Positions 54,189-62,642 of a DNA stretch of 64,000 bases are shown here, in pieces. Below the pieces are notes generated by a model. It saw only the letters and a list, made by a program, of their open reading frames with translations. It had not been told where the DNA came from and made no database searches. Source of the DNA: a virus; the IMG/VR virus record IMGVR_UViG_3300025133_000024; one strand, given 5' to 3'. Position 1 is the first letter of the stretch, and every line of letters starts with the position of its first letter. The position numbers and the translations under genes are program-made.

Positions 54189-55238
54189 TTAGCCGTCTTC
54201 GAAATGTGGAGAAGGGTCAATTGCGCTTTCCCTTCTATTGCTGCCAATTCTCAATTCCATGTGCAAGTGTGGTCCAGTGCTATCACCTGTGCTTCCAACT
54301 TTACCTATTACGTCACCTTGTTTTATTTTTTTACCTTTATAGACTAACACCTTACTACAGTGAGCAAATAAAATATAAAATAAAATTCCATTTTTTTTAT
54401 GCTTGGTGACAATTACATTGCCATAACCACCCCAGACAGAAACATTATTAACCACTCCTGTTTCTGGAGCAATTATATCTTGACCAGTTCTTGCTCCAAT
54501 ATCAATTCCACGATGAAACACAGGCTTTTGTTTTATTGGACTAATTCTTGGTCCAAAATTACTTCCAGGGCTGTGCTGAGGGAGGGGCCATTTTAATTTC
54601 AAACTTCTGTTCTTTGTTTTTCGAAGAGATTCTTTTCTTAACTCTTCTTTCTTTTTCCGAACATCTTCAGGATTTAAAGATGGAACATTTCCTTGAACAA
54701 CTTTATCTTGGTTTCTTTTGAATTTTTTTGCTGTGCTTATTGTACCAACAGGAAGCATTTTCTCATGAGATGTCACATCAACAATCAATGGCTCGGAAAA
54801 ATTAGATAGATTCCCATATGAAATTTTAACTATTTTCCCAGGAGATGACTTATCCAACTTATTTGAAATCTCTTTATTTTTACAAACAAAAATAGGAAAC
54901 ATCTCAATTGTATAATCATCCATTGATTGGTCAGATGACTTGGGATTTCCAAGGGATTCTAAATTAAAAGGAATTTCAGAGTGAGGTCCAGAAAAAACAT
55001 AACATCTAAATCTGGATAAAGGAGGAATGTTTGAATTGGGTATCTTAATGGAGTTTTCTTGTCTGAGGATGAGGGCATATAATTCTTGAGACACTTCAGA
55101 ACTTGACTCAAAAGACTTATTAGAGGCATGTTGCATGCCATCCAACACAGTTGTCTCTCTTAAATCAAACTCTCGTCTACCCGCCTCAGGCTTTTCAAAT
55201 TTATTTATTAAACCCCATTCTTCCCCCAATATAGGCAT
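54189..55238 (-). CDS. M23 family peptidase, probable tail-associated lysin
   Basis: HRGIDIG, GYGNVIV, FAHCS, GDVIGKVGSTGDSTGPHLHMEL (HxxxD and HxH). Confidence 0.9.
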   Translation of the reverse strand: MPILGEEWGLINKFEKPEAGRREFDLRETTVLDGMQHASNKSFESSSEVSQELYALILRQENSIKIPNSNIPPLSRFRCYVFSGPHSEIPFNLESLGNPKSSDQSMDDYTIEMFPIFVCKNKEISNKLDKSSPGKIVKISYGNLSNFSEPLIVDVTSHEKMLPVGTISTAKKFKRNQDKVVQGNVPSLNPEDVRKKKEELRKESLRKTKNRSLKLKWPLPQHSPGSNFGPRISPIKQKPVFHRGIDIGARTGQDIIAPETGVVNNVSVWGGYGNVIVTKHKKNGILFYILFAHCSKVLVYKGKKIKQGDVIGKVGSTGDSTGPHLHMELRIGSNRRESAIDPSPHFEDG

Positions 55239-55552
55239 TATTTGTTAGTTCCCTTTTTTGGTTCATTCTCTTTAATTTCATCAAACATATCATCAGCGCT
55301 AAAATCTTCGTCATCATCAAATCTATCTTCTTTTAAAATTATCGAAGCAGCTTTTAGAATTTGTTCGTTTGACCTTTGCATGTTGTCAATATATTTTGAC
55401 AATACTGGTCCAACATCCCTATGGGACTCACCAGTGCTCTTTAATTTGACCATTAACTCTAAAACCATTGCACCAACAAGATTTCTATCTGATGTCGCAT
55501 ATTCAATTACTTTTTCAATTTCTTCGTATTTCTTATTAGATATAGCCATCAT
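55238..55552 (-). CDS. hypothetical protein
   Basis: Helical, about 104 aa; start likely at 55552 or 55549. Confidence 0.65.
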   Translation of the reverse strand: MMAISNKKYEEIEKVIEYATSDRNLVGAMVLELMVKLKSTGESHRDVGPVLSKYIDNMQRSNEQILKAASIILKEDRFDDDEDFSADDMFDEIKENEPKKGTNK

Positions 55553-56225
55553 CCCAATCTTCTTTAAAAACAGCATAATAAACTTTGAATTTCTTTAAGC
55601 TCGTTGCTATTTGTTTTGTTGTAAGTCCTGTCAACTCCCTAAGGTACAAATAAATAGCTTTTTTGTTAAAAATTTCAAGTTTTTCTTTCTTCTCGAAGAT
55701 TTCCAAAATTGAATTCAAAACCAACTCATCATTGGGCTTTAAGTCCGAATCTTTCCAGCTTTTAATCTCCTTGACAAGATTAAGCCAAAATTCATATTTT
55801 TCCATTTGTTTGTAAAATGGGTTTTCAACTGTTAATTCTTTTTCACTAATAACAGTATTTAAATCTCTATATGGGACTTCTCTTTCCAGACGCTTCTTTC
55901 TTTTCTTTACTTCATGAATAAACCAATTTTTGGTTATAACACTAAAGTAAGAAAACGCCTTAAAATTTTTATCGGGATTAAACTTTTCAATTATTGTCAT
56001 TAACCATGTCTTGCATTCACTTCTTAACAAATCAATATTATGAAGATTTGTAAACTTGAAAGTCAAAACAATTTTGTCAACCATTTCACTGAAAACTGGC
56101 TGAATATATTCCTTATAAATTTCTGTTCTTGTTTTTAAGCAATCAGTATTGTTATAGTCGATGATTTTCTCTTCATGAACCTTTGTGAAATACTGTTTGC
56201 CTCGCGGCTTTCTTTTTTTTGTCAT
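55536..56225 (-). CDS. phage sigma-factor-like protein
   Basis: Region-2-like IIEKFNPDKNFKAFSYFSVITKNWFI, preceded by YFT..HEEKIIDY; C-terminal HTH-like YLRELTGLTTKQI. Confidence 0.7.
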   Translation of the reverse strand: MTKKRKPRGKQYFTKVHEEKIIDYNNTDCLKTRTEIYKEYIQPVFSEMVDKIVLTFKFTNLHNIDLLRSECKTWLMTIIEKFNPDKNFKAFSYFSVITKNWFIHEVKKRKKRLEREVPYRDLNTVISEKELTVENPFYKQMEKYEFWLNLVKEIKSWKDSDLKPNDELVLNSILEIFEKKEKLEIFNKKAIYLYLRELTGLTTKQIATSLKKFKVYYAVFKEDWDDGYI

Positions 56226-56518
56226 TTATATTTTACTTCATCATCCTCTTCTTCTAAAAAATATACTTCTTGAAACTCCTTAAGTTCCTTTCTAAACTTA
56301 GCAGTATGCTTCATTAACGATTCCAAAGTTGCATCACCATAAAACATCTCTAACTTATAAACTCGCTTTAAATGCTTTTCATACCCACTTAAGAGTTCTT
56401 CTAAAAACTGAATATCTTCCTCAATCAACACTTTTTCTCTGATTATAATTCTATTAAACCAAAACAAAGCTCCTGAGAATGTGACGGACAAAATTAACAA
56501 ACTCACCAATATCCACAT
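56222..56518 (-). CDS. hypothetical membrane-anchored protein
   Basis: N-terminal TM helix; LEMFYGDATL. Confidence 0.6.
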   Translation of the reverse strand: MWILVSLLILSVTFSGALFWFNRIIIREKVLIEEDIQFLEELLSGYEKHLKRVYKLEMFYGDATLESLMKHTAKFRKELKEFQEVYFLEEEDDEVKYK

Positions 56519-56782
56519 TTATTTCTTTGGGCTCCATTTTTTAAGGGTTGATTTTCTATCTTCTATTTCTTTTTTTGTGTTCTCGATAAACTCCTTAACC
56601 ACTTTTCCAGGCTTGATTTTTTTAGAAGTAGAAGATGGGGATTTTATGACTCCTTTGTAGTTCCAAACTCTCTTGATTTTATCCGACCTACATCGAATAC
56701 AATGATACACTTCATCAGAAATTCCTTTCTGAATTGCAAAAACATCATCACATTCTTCACAAAAAAAGTCATAAATAGGCAT
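56519..56782 (-). CDS. FmdB-family zinc ribbon protein
   Basis: MPIYDFFCEEC...CIRCRS; start placed at 56782. Confidence 0.85.
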   Translation of the reverse strand: MPIYDFFCEECDDVFAIQKGISDEVYHCIRCRSDKIKRVWNYKGVIKSPSSTSKKIKPGKVVKEFIENTKKEIEDRKSTLKKWSPKK

Positions 56783-56783
56783 T

Positions 56784-57101
56784 TTACACCTCTCCTTCTT
56801 GCTCCACCAATCGAGCCTTAAATTTTTCCTTAACACGCTCCTCCATCTCAGGAGAAACCTTAACCGTTGGAGGATTTGTTACATACAATTTTCCGTTAAA
56901 ACCAACCTTAAACTTAAATTCTTGAACGATATTCGAAATATCAACCTGCTCCATTAAACCCTTTTGCAAGGCAAACATAACAGCAGCAAGAGCCTGTTCA
57001 GATAAAACAAGGTCTCCAGATTGAATCTCTTCTTTTTTTAATCCCTTTGTTAATTCCGCTAAAAGGGATTTATTTACTTTTTTCTTATCTAATTCTAACA
57101 T
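56784..57101 (-). CDS. hypothetical protein
   Basis: 105-aa ORF. Confidence 0.65.
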   Translation of the reverse strand: MLELDKKKVNKSLLAELTKGLKKEEIQSGDLVLSEQALAAVMFALQKGLMEQVDISNIVQEFKFKVGFNGKLYVTNPPTVKVSPEMEERVKEKFKARLVEQEGEV

Positions 57102-57102
57102 T

Positions 57103-58080
57103 TTACCACCTATAATTGTTTTTGTAATGTTCTACAATATTTTTAATTTCTTTTTCAAAATACTTTTTGGGTTTATACCCCAACTCAATTAATTTACTTT
57201 GATTCACAGCATACCTAACATCCTGTCCAGGTCTAACATGAGATAAATCAAAATATTTCTTCTTTTCTTCTGAGGTTAGTTCTTGATGAATGTCTCTATC
57301 TAAAAATGAATTCACAATCATCGATGTGACACTCATATTCTTTAATTCTTCATTTCCAGCCACATTATAAACTTCATTCCTTTTACCCTTTTCCACAACT
57401 GTTAAAATTGCTTCTGCTGTATCTTCAGCATGTAACCAACTTCTCACAGGGTTTCCTTTATTATGCAATTTTATTTTTTTATCTTCTTGCAACAACTTTA
57501 CACACAATGGAACCAATTTCTCAGGATACTGATAATTCCCATAATTGTTTGTTGGCCTAATAATATTATATTTCAAGCCATATGTTCTTGCCCATGATTT
57601 AATTAATAAATCCCCACTAGCTTTTGATGCTGCATAAGGATTTGAAGGGTTTAAAGGATTACTTTCATAAAAGTGACCAACCTCTATATCACCGTATACT
57701 TCGTCGGTTGAGACGTTTACCAAGATAGGTTGGTCCCTAATGTTTTTTGGTTTCCTGGAGATAAGTTCTAAAAGATTTCTCACTCCATCAACATTGGTTT
57801 TGATAAAATCTTTGCAATCAATTATCGAATTTCCAACATGAGTCTCAGCAGCCAAATTAATAACAAAATCACAATCGGGCAATCTTTTTAAATCGCAGAT
57901 ATCCTCTTTTAAAAAAGTATAAGTTTTTATATATTTTCCCAGAAGTTTATAATGTTCATCTTTGTTTGCAGCATATGTCATCTTATCAATTCCACATACT
58001 CGATAACCATTTTCCAGAAACTTCTTTGTTACATATGTTCCAATAAATCCACAACATCCTGTGATAACAACTGATTTCAT
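57103..58080 (-). CDS. rfbB: dTDP-glucose 4,6-dehydratase
   Basis: TGCCGFIG, DKMTYAA, AAETHV, STDEVYG, NPYAASK, NNYG.YQYPEKL. Confidence 0.88.
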   Translation of the reverse strand: MKSVVITGCCGFIGTYVTKKFLENGYRVCGIDKMTYAANKDEHYKLLGKYIKTYTFLKEDICDLKRLPDCDFVINLAAETHVGNSIIDCKDFIKTNVDGVRNLLELISRKPKNIRDQPILVNVSTDEVYGDIEVGHFYESNPLNPSNPYAASKASGDLLIKSWARTYGLKYNIIRPTNNYGNYQYPEKLVPLCVKLLQEDKKIKLHNKGNPVRSWLHAEDTAEAILTVVEKGKRNEVYNVAGNEELKNMSVTSMIVNSFLDRDIHQELTSEEKKKYFDLSHVRPGQDVRYAVNQSKLIELGYKPKKYFEKEIKNIVEHYKNNYRW

Positions 58081-58511
58081 TTTTCTTCTCTATTTTTTTG
58101 TTCTAAAAAATGCCAAGCTCTTTGATAACCCCATGAAACAGGTTTCCGTCCTCTCCCCAATCCCTCAACAATTGTTAAATTTCCTGAGAATGATAGGAAA
58201 GTCTTTATTGGCATAATATAAAATATATCCAAATTGTCAACATAAATTAACGCAAAATCAAAATCTGTTTCTTGATATTTTTCTTTCTTTTTGCCTCTTC
58301 TTGTGTTGACAACATATTTTTCTTCATTGTTTTTTGAGGCAGTCTTAACTTGAATCTTGTACAAACATCCTTTAACATCAAATATCAAATCATATGGTAA
58401 ATTATCACCAACAGGCTTAGAAACACCATAGTTTCTTTTTAATGCATGAACTATAGCCATATTCTCTGCTATATCACCAAGTTGTTTTCTATAGGATGTT
58501 TTGTATTTCAT
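58077..58511 (-). CDS. free-standing PD-(D/E)XK endonuclease (intron-associated type)
   Basis: GDIAE...VSKPVGDNLPYDLIF...KIQVKT. Confidence 0.82.
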   Translation of the reverse strand: MKYKTSYRKQLGDIAENMAIVHALKRNYGVSKPVGDNLPYDLIFDVKGCLYKIQVKTASKNNEEKYVVNTRRGKKKEKYQETDFDFALIYVDNLDIFYIMPIKTFLSFSGNLTIVEGLGRGRKPVSWGYQRAWHFLEQKNREEK

Positions 58512-58520
58512 TTACAAGGA

Positions 58521-58934
58521 TTAACGATTTTTCTTTAATGATACAGTCGGATCAGTATATTTTGGAGCCGTGACAGTTCTTGCAAATGCCTTAGAATCAG
58601 GATAACCTTCTCTTTCGGTTGTTTCCCTTTCCCTTTGTTCCTGGACTCTTACAATAATCGCATCAGCCCAATCAATATAATCATCCATTGCGTACATTTC
58701 GCTACGAGATAAATTAATCATTTCTACAGCAACATCAACATAATCAAAGGAAACATCAGTTTCTTTAACAACCAGTTGTTCAATTTTCTTTAATACACCA
58801 ATTACTTCTTCCGTAGGTTTGTTTTCCATTTTTAACAAAACAGCAATTTGGTCAACAATGTTCTTTAAAGCCTCTGGATGTATGGCTTCATTAACAAACT
58901 CTTTCCAGTTTTTTATAAATTTTTTATTCTGCAT
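58521..58934 (-). CDS. hypothetical protein with NWKEFVNE leader
   Basis: Start likely at 58934 (MQNKKFIKNWKEFVNEA), 1 nt after the cupin stop. Confidence 0.6.
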   Translation of the reverse strand: MQNKKFIKNWKEFVNEAIHPEALKNIVDQIAVLLKMENKPTEEVIGVLKKIEQLVVKETDVSFDYVDVAVEMINLSRSEMYAMDDYIDWADAIIVRVQEQRERETTEREGYPDSKAFARTVTAPKYTDPTVSLKKNR

Positions 58935-58935
58935 T

Positions 58936-59331
58936 TTAATCACCCTTAACAATTCTAATAGAATCTTCGTCAAAATGTTGCGTTGAAAATTCAAACAACT
59001 CTGTGTCCTCTAGTGCTTCCATCTGATGTCGCAAGCCAATAGGAATGCGATACACCTCTCCTTCATTCAATGTCAAAATAGAAGCATTATCAATATCATC
59101 TTCCCAAGAAAGCGTCAACAACAACTTTCCTTTGTGAACATAAAAATGCTCTTCTTTCAATTTGTGATAATGAAAACTGCATTTTTTCCCCTTTTTGAAG
59201 AATAATAGCTTTCCACAATATTTCTCGTTATTTGTTATCCAAGATTCATAACCCCAACCTTTTGGAACAAAGTTTTCCGGGAGGGATGAAGTTGGAAAGT
59301 TAAATTTCTCATAAAATTCACCATGAAGCAT
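58936..59331 (-). CDS. cupin (sugar isomerase-like)
   Basis: VPKGWGYE.W...KYCGK...CSFHYHKLKEEHF...IPIGLRH. Confidence 0.85.
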   Translation of the reverse strand: MLHGEFYEKFNFPTSSLPENFVPKGWGYESWITNNEKYCGKLLFFKKGKKCSFHYHKLKEEHFYVHKGKLLLTLSWEDDIDNASILTLNEGEVYRIPIGLRHQMEALEDTELFEFSTQHFDEDSIRIVKGD

Positions 59332-59528
59332 TATTTGTATTTCCTTGTATATCTATTCCACCATGCCAACTTCAAATATTTATCAGGCACAGGACTTAAC
59401 CAAAATTTTTTATAACCCTCACAAACATCACATTCATGATATTCTTTCGAATTACACTCTGGGCACTTATTTCTCCAGAGTCTATATTTACCTCTCAACC
59501 ACAAACAACACTTAATCAACGAAAACAT
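59331..59528 (-). CDS. small CxxC-CxxC protein
   Basis: CPEC....ECDVC; TAATG-coupled. Confidence 0.55.
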   Translation of the reverse strand: MFSLIKCCLWLRGKYRLWRNKCPECNSKEYHECDVCEGYKKFWLSPVPDKYLKLAWWNRYTRKYK

Positions 59529-59940
59529 GGGTCTTGTTTTCTTCTAAAAGTGATTTTAAGTCAATATTCCCCAAACCCTTGTCTCTATCCACCGTAATTC
59601 CGAAAGCCGTTTTGCCCATCTTCCCAGGTTTGTTGTCATTAATTAAAAACCTTGGGCCTCTACCAACACCCATTACAAGTTGATGATAAGGAATTGCACA
59701 CTTTTCTAGTTGTTCTTCCGTGTATTTCTTCATGGATGGTGGTCTTGCTGTTGTAATAAGAATAAAACGGCCATCAGAAATCCATTCGTTGAATCTTTTG
59801 TGAACACCATCTAAAACTATTGTTGGATTATTATAAATCTCAGTAATATCACCATGGTGTTTAAAAATTAAACCATCAATATCTGCTACTACTAATCCAC
59901 TATTGCTGTACGAAAACATTGTGAACACCTTTGTCTTCAA
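59512..59940 (-). CDS. HAD-superfamily phosphatase-like protein
   Basis: ADIDG, ITTARP, LVMG...GPRFLINDNKP; start at 59940 or 59919. Confidence 0.75.
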   Translation of the reverse strand: MKTKVFTMFSYSNSGLVVADIDGLIFKHHGDITEIYNNPTIVLDGVHKRFNEWISDGRFILITTARPPSMKKYTEEQLEKCAIPYHQLVMGVGRGPRFLINDNKPGKMGKTAFGITVDRDKGLGNIDLKSLLEENKTHVFVD

Positions 59941-60859
59941 ATTTAAAATCCATAATATTATCTCTATAAATCTCTTTTAATTTCTTTTTTACTTCTTGAC
60001 TACAAATTGCCATAACAAAACCCTGTCCACCAGCACCTAATAATTTTGCTCCATAGGCTCCATTATCTAAACATGTGTCTATGATTTCTTCTATCCTTGG
60101 AGTAGCAATCAAAGGGGACAACAGTCTTTTGTGATTCCATGATTCCGATAAAAGATAACCAATTTCAGGGATGTCTTCTTGAATAAATACCTCATACGCT
60201 TGAACAGCAATATCATGAATTTGTTTTTTATCTTTATTTTCATGAGATTTTGCTATTGAATTTGTCTCTCTCTGCCCATTAGTATAAATCAAAATAATTG
60301 ATTCTTCTAGTCTTTTTTTAAATTTTTCTGTTACTGGTAAAGGCTTAACATTAAACGAACCATCATGTTCAATCTCTATTGTGTTTAATCCACCGTGCAC
60401 TGCCCAAATTTGGTCTTGAATTCCTCCAGGTTCGTTTAATCTATTTCTTTCAATATCAATCGCATCTAGAGCCAAATCATCCCAGGTTATAAATTCATCC
60501 TGAAGTTGTCGGAGAGCATATAACAAAGAAACACAAAAAGAAGAAGAACCTCCCAATCCTGTTCTAGAAGGAATATCTGCAAATGTATGTAAATCTACAG
60601 CCCTAGTTTCTCCATTATATTTTAATATTTCCTTTATTAAGGGGTGTTTAATATCTCTGTTGGATATTACAACTTCTTGTTCTGAATAGGAGATAATTGA
60701 CTTGTCTGAAACAATTTCTGGTCTGTACCTTAAAGAGGTATAAACATATTTATCAATGGTTGTTCCAATAATAAAACAACCATGCTTCTGATAATAATCT
60801 TCAATATCCGCAGACCCGCCAAAAAAGCTAACTCTCAATGGTGCCCTAGTGATTATCAT
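59900..60859 (-). CDS. hddA: GHMP kinase, D-glycero-alpha-D-manno-heptose-7-phosphate kinase-like
   Basis: MIITRAPLRVSFFGGSAD, PSRTGLGGSSSF, GIQDQ, GAKLLGAGGQGF. Confidence 0.82.
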   Translation of the reverse strand: MIITRAPLRVSFFGGSADIEDYYQKHGCFIIGTTIDKYVYTSLRYRPEIVSDKSIISYSEQEVVISNRDIKHPLIKEILKYNGETRAVDLHTFADIPSRTGLGGSSSFCVSLLYALRQLQDEFITWDDLALDAIDIERNRLNEPGGIQDQIWAVHGGLNTIEIEHDGSFNVKPLPVTEKFKKRLEESIILIYTNGQRETNSIAKSHENKDKKQIHDIAVQAYEVFIQEDIPEIGYLLSESWNHKRLLSPLIATPRIEEIIDTCLDNGAYGAKLLGAGGQGFVMAICSQEVKKKLKEIYRDNIMDFKFEDKGVHNVFVQQ

Positions 60860-61857
60860 TATACATTACCCCAAAGAGAACGAACTTGAGTTAACACTTC
60901 ATAACCTTTTATCAATTCTTCAATTCCATCTTCAATCGAATATTTAGGTTCCCAGCCCAGAGATTCCAATTTTTCATTGGAAACAATATAATTCCTCTTG
61001 TCAATGTCTTTTTTGCCCTCTATATGAAAAGTCTTAAGCTCAGGAACTTGCTCTTTTATCTTCTGACATAATTCAAACTTTGACAAGTTAGCTGAAGATA
61101 GGCCCATGTTATATGTCTCACCTTTCATTTTATCAAAATTGTTAATCGCGAAAATAAATGACCTTACCACATCTTTAATGTGAACATAATTCCTCTTGAA
61201 ATGAGGTTCAAACAATGTAATTGAGCCTTCTGTGACCGCTTTATAAACAAAATCATTAACCAACAAATCCAATCTCATTCTAGGAGAAAGTCCAAACACC
61301 GTCGCCAATCTAAAACAAACCACATTCTCAGGGGCCTGCTCCAAACAAAAAACCTCAGCGTTAACTTTCCAAATTCCATATCCACTTAACGGACTCAAAG
61401 TAGACTCTTCTGTACAATAAGCTAACTCCCCATCAACAACATCCCCAACTCCATAACCACTATTCGTACAGAAATAAACCATCTTCTTGTTATACTCTCT
61501 AGACCACAAAGCACAATCAACAATGTGAGAAAAATTAACCTTTTGATAATTATTGTATTTCTCTTTGTTACAAGCTGGCATTCCAACAATACAAGCCAAT
61601 GGCAACACCACATCACACCACTTCACCCATTTATGAACAAATTCCTTATCCCTCACATCTCCATAAATAAATTGAATATTTTTCTTCCTCAGAAGACTCA
61701 CAAGGGATGTTTGTTGATAATGAAGGTTATCTATCACAACAATCTCCAAATCCTCTTGAAATTGATATTTGGGGTCTTCCTGGGTATCTGGGTTGAGAAG
61801 TGTTTCTAAAAGAACAGTTCCGATGTATCCTGCTCCGCCAGTTATTAAAAGCTTCAT
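60859..61857 (-). CDS. NAD-dependent sugar epimerase/dehydratase
   Basis: TGGAGYIG, YGIWK (YxxxK), RLATVFG.SPRMRLDLLVNDF. Confidence 0.9.
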   Translation of the reverse strand: MKLLITGGAGYIGTVLLETLLNPDTQEDPKYQFQEDLEIVVIDNLHYQQTSLVSLLRKKNIQFIYGDVRDKEFVHKWVKWCDVVLPLACIVGMPACNKEKYNNYQKVNFSHIVDCALWSREYNKKMVYFCTNSGYGVGDVVDGELAYCTEESTLSPLSGYGIWKVNAEVFCLEQAPENVVCFRLATVFGLSPRMRLDLLVNDFVYKAVTEGSITLFEPHFKRNYVHIKDVVRSFIFAINNFDKMKGETYNMGLSSANLSKFELCQKIKEQVPELKTFHIEGKKDIDKRNYIVSNEKLESLGWEPKYSIEDGIEELIKGYEVLTQVRSLWGNV

Positions 61858-62642
61858 TGATTTTCTCCGATTGGGTATTTTTTAATCATTTGTTTGCTGA
61901 GGGTTGTGATTCCTTTTTGTTGTACAATTTCTGTGCAGCAATTATTGGCGAACTTTATTGATTTGATGACATCTTTTGAGTTTAAAATTCCGTAGACGAA
62001 CGAAGCAATAAAGGAATCTTTGACTCCGAGTCTAGTTTTTGTTTCTACATCGGGAACAGGGTAGTTTGTTTTTTTATAATCTGTTCCATCTTTACCTTTT
62101 ATAAAAACGAGTTTGTCATCCAGATATGGTGTATTGTATTTCTTTACATTAGAATTTTTCACTTCTTCTCTGCTCATAATGATATAAGAAGGTTTTTTGG
62201 TCCAATCATCATTAATGTCAATTACTTTTTTTGTAAAGACAAAAGGCATTGAAGCGACAGAAATAAAAGAGCAAATATCTCTTAAGGATAAAAATCCTTT
62301 GTCATAATCAACAATGACCACTGCGTCATATTGTCTAATAAATTCTTTGGATGGTATTTGTTTTATTCTTTCTGTTTTTTCTTTTTCCGAATCAACTCTT
62401 AAAAACATATGATGCGTTCTTTTATCAATGAATCTTGTCTTTTTTACAACAGATTCATTAGACAACAATTCTGTTCCAGGAACAATTGCTTTTAAGTTTT
62501 CGTAAACATTTCCAGCCATTCCTTTATTTTGTTTTGTTTCTTCAGGAATGAAAATTGGAACAGGAACGTTGTTGGATAATGAATTTACAGAACCATAAAT
62601 AATTTCATCAATACAAGAATCTCCAACCACCAATATTTTCAT
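61854..62642 (-). CDS. PfkB-family RfaE/HldE kinase-domain-like protein (divergent)
   Basis: ILVVGDSCID, VPVPI, GMAGNV..NL, DYDKGF; GAGD is replaced by GVKD. Confidence 0.75.
   Translation of the reverse strand: MKILVVGDSCIDEIIYGSVNSLSNNVPVPIFIPEETKQNKGMAGNVYENLKAIVPGTELLSNESVVKKTRFIDKRTHHMFLRVDSEKEKTERIKQIPSKEFIRQYDAVVIVDYDKGFLSLRDICSFISVASMPFVFTKKVIDINDDWTKKPSYIIMSREEVKNSNVKKYNTPYLDDKLVFIKGKDGTDYKKTNYPVPDVETKTRLGVKDSFIASFVYGILNSKDVIKSIKFANNCCTEIVQQKGITTLSKQMIKKYPIGENQ

Noticed and set aside
58213-58240. Minus-strand TTGACA-16-TATTAT upstream of rmlB
   Set aside because: It lies inside the endonuclease CDS with a mismatch and a short spacer, in AT-rich sequence; possible but unsupported.
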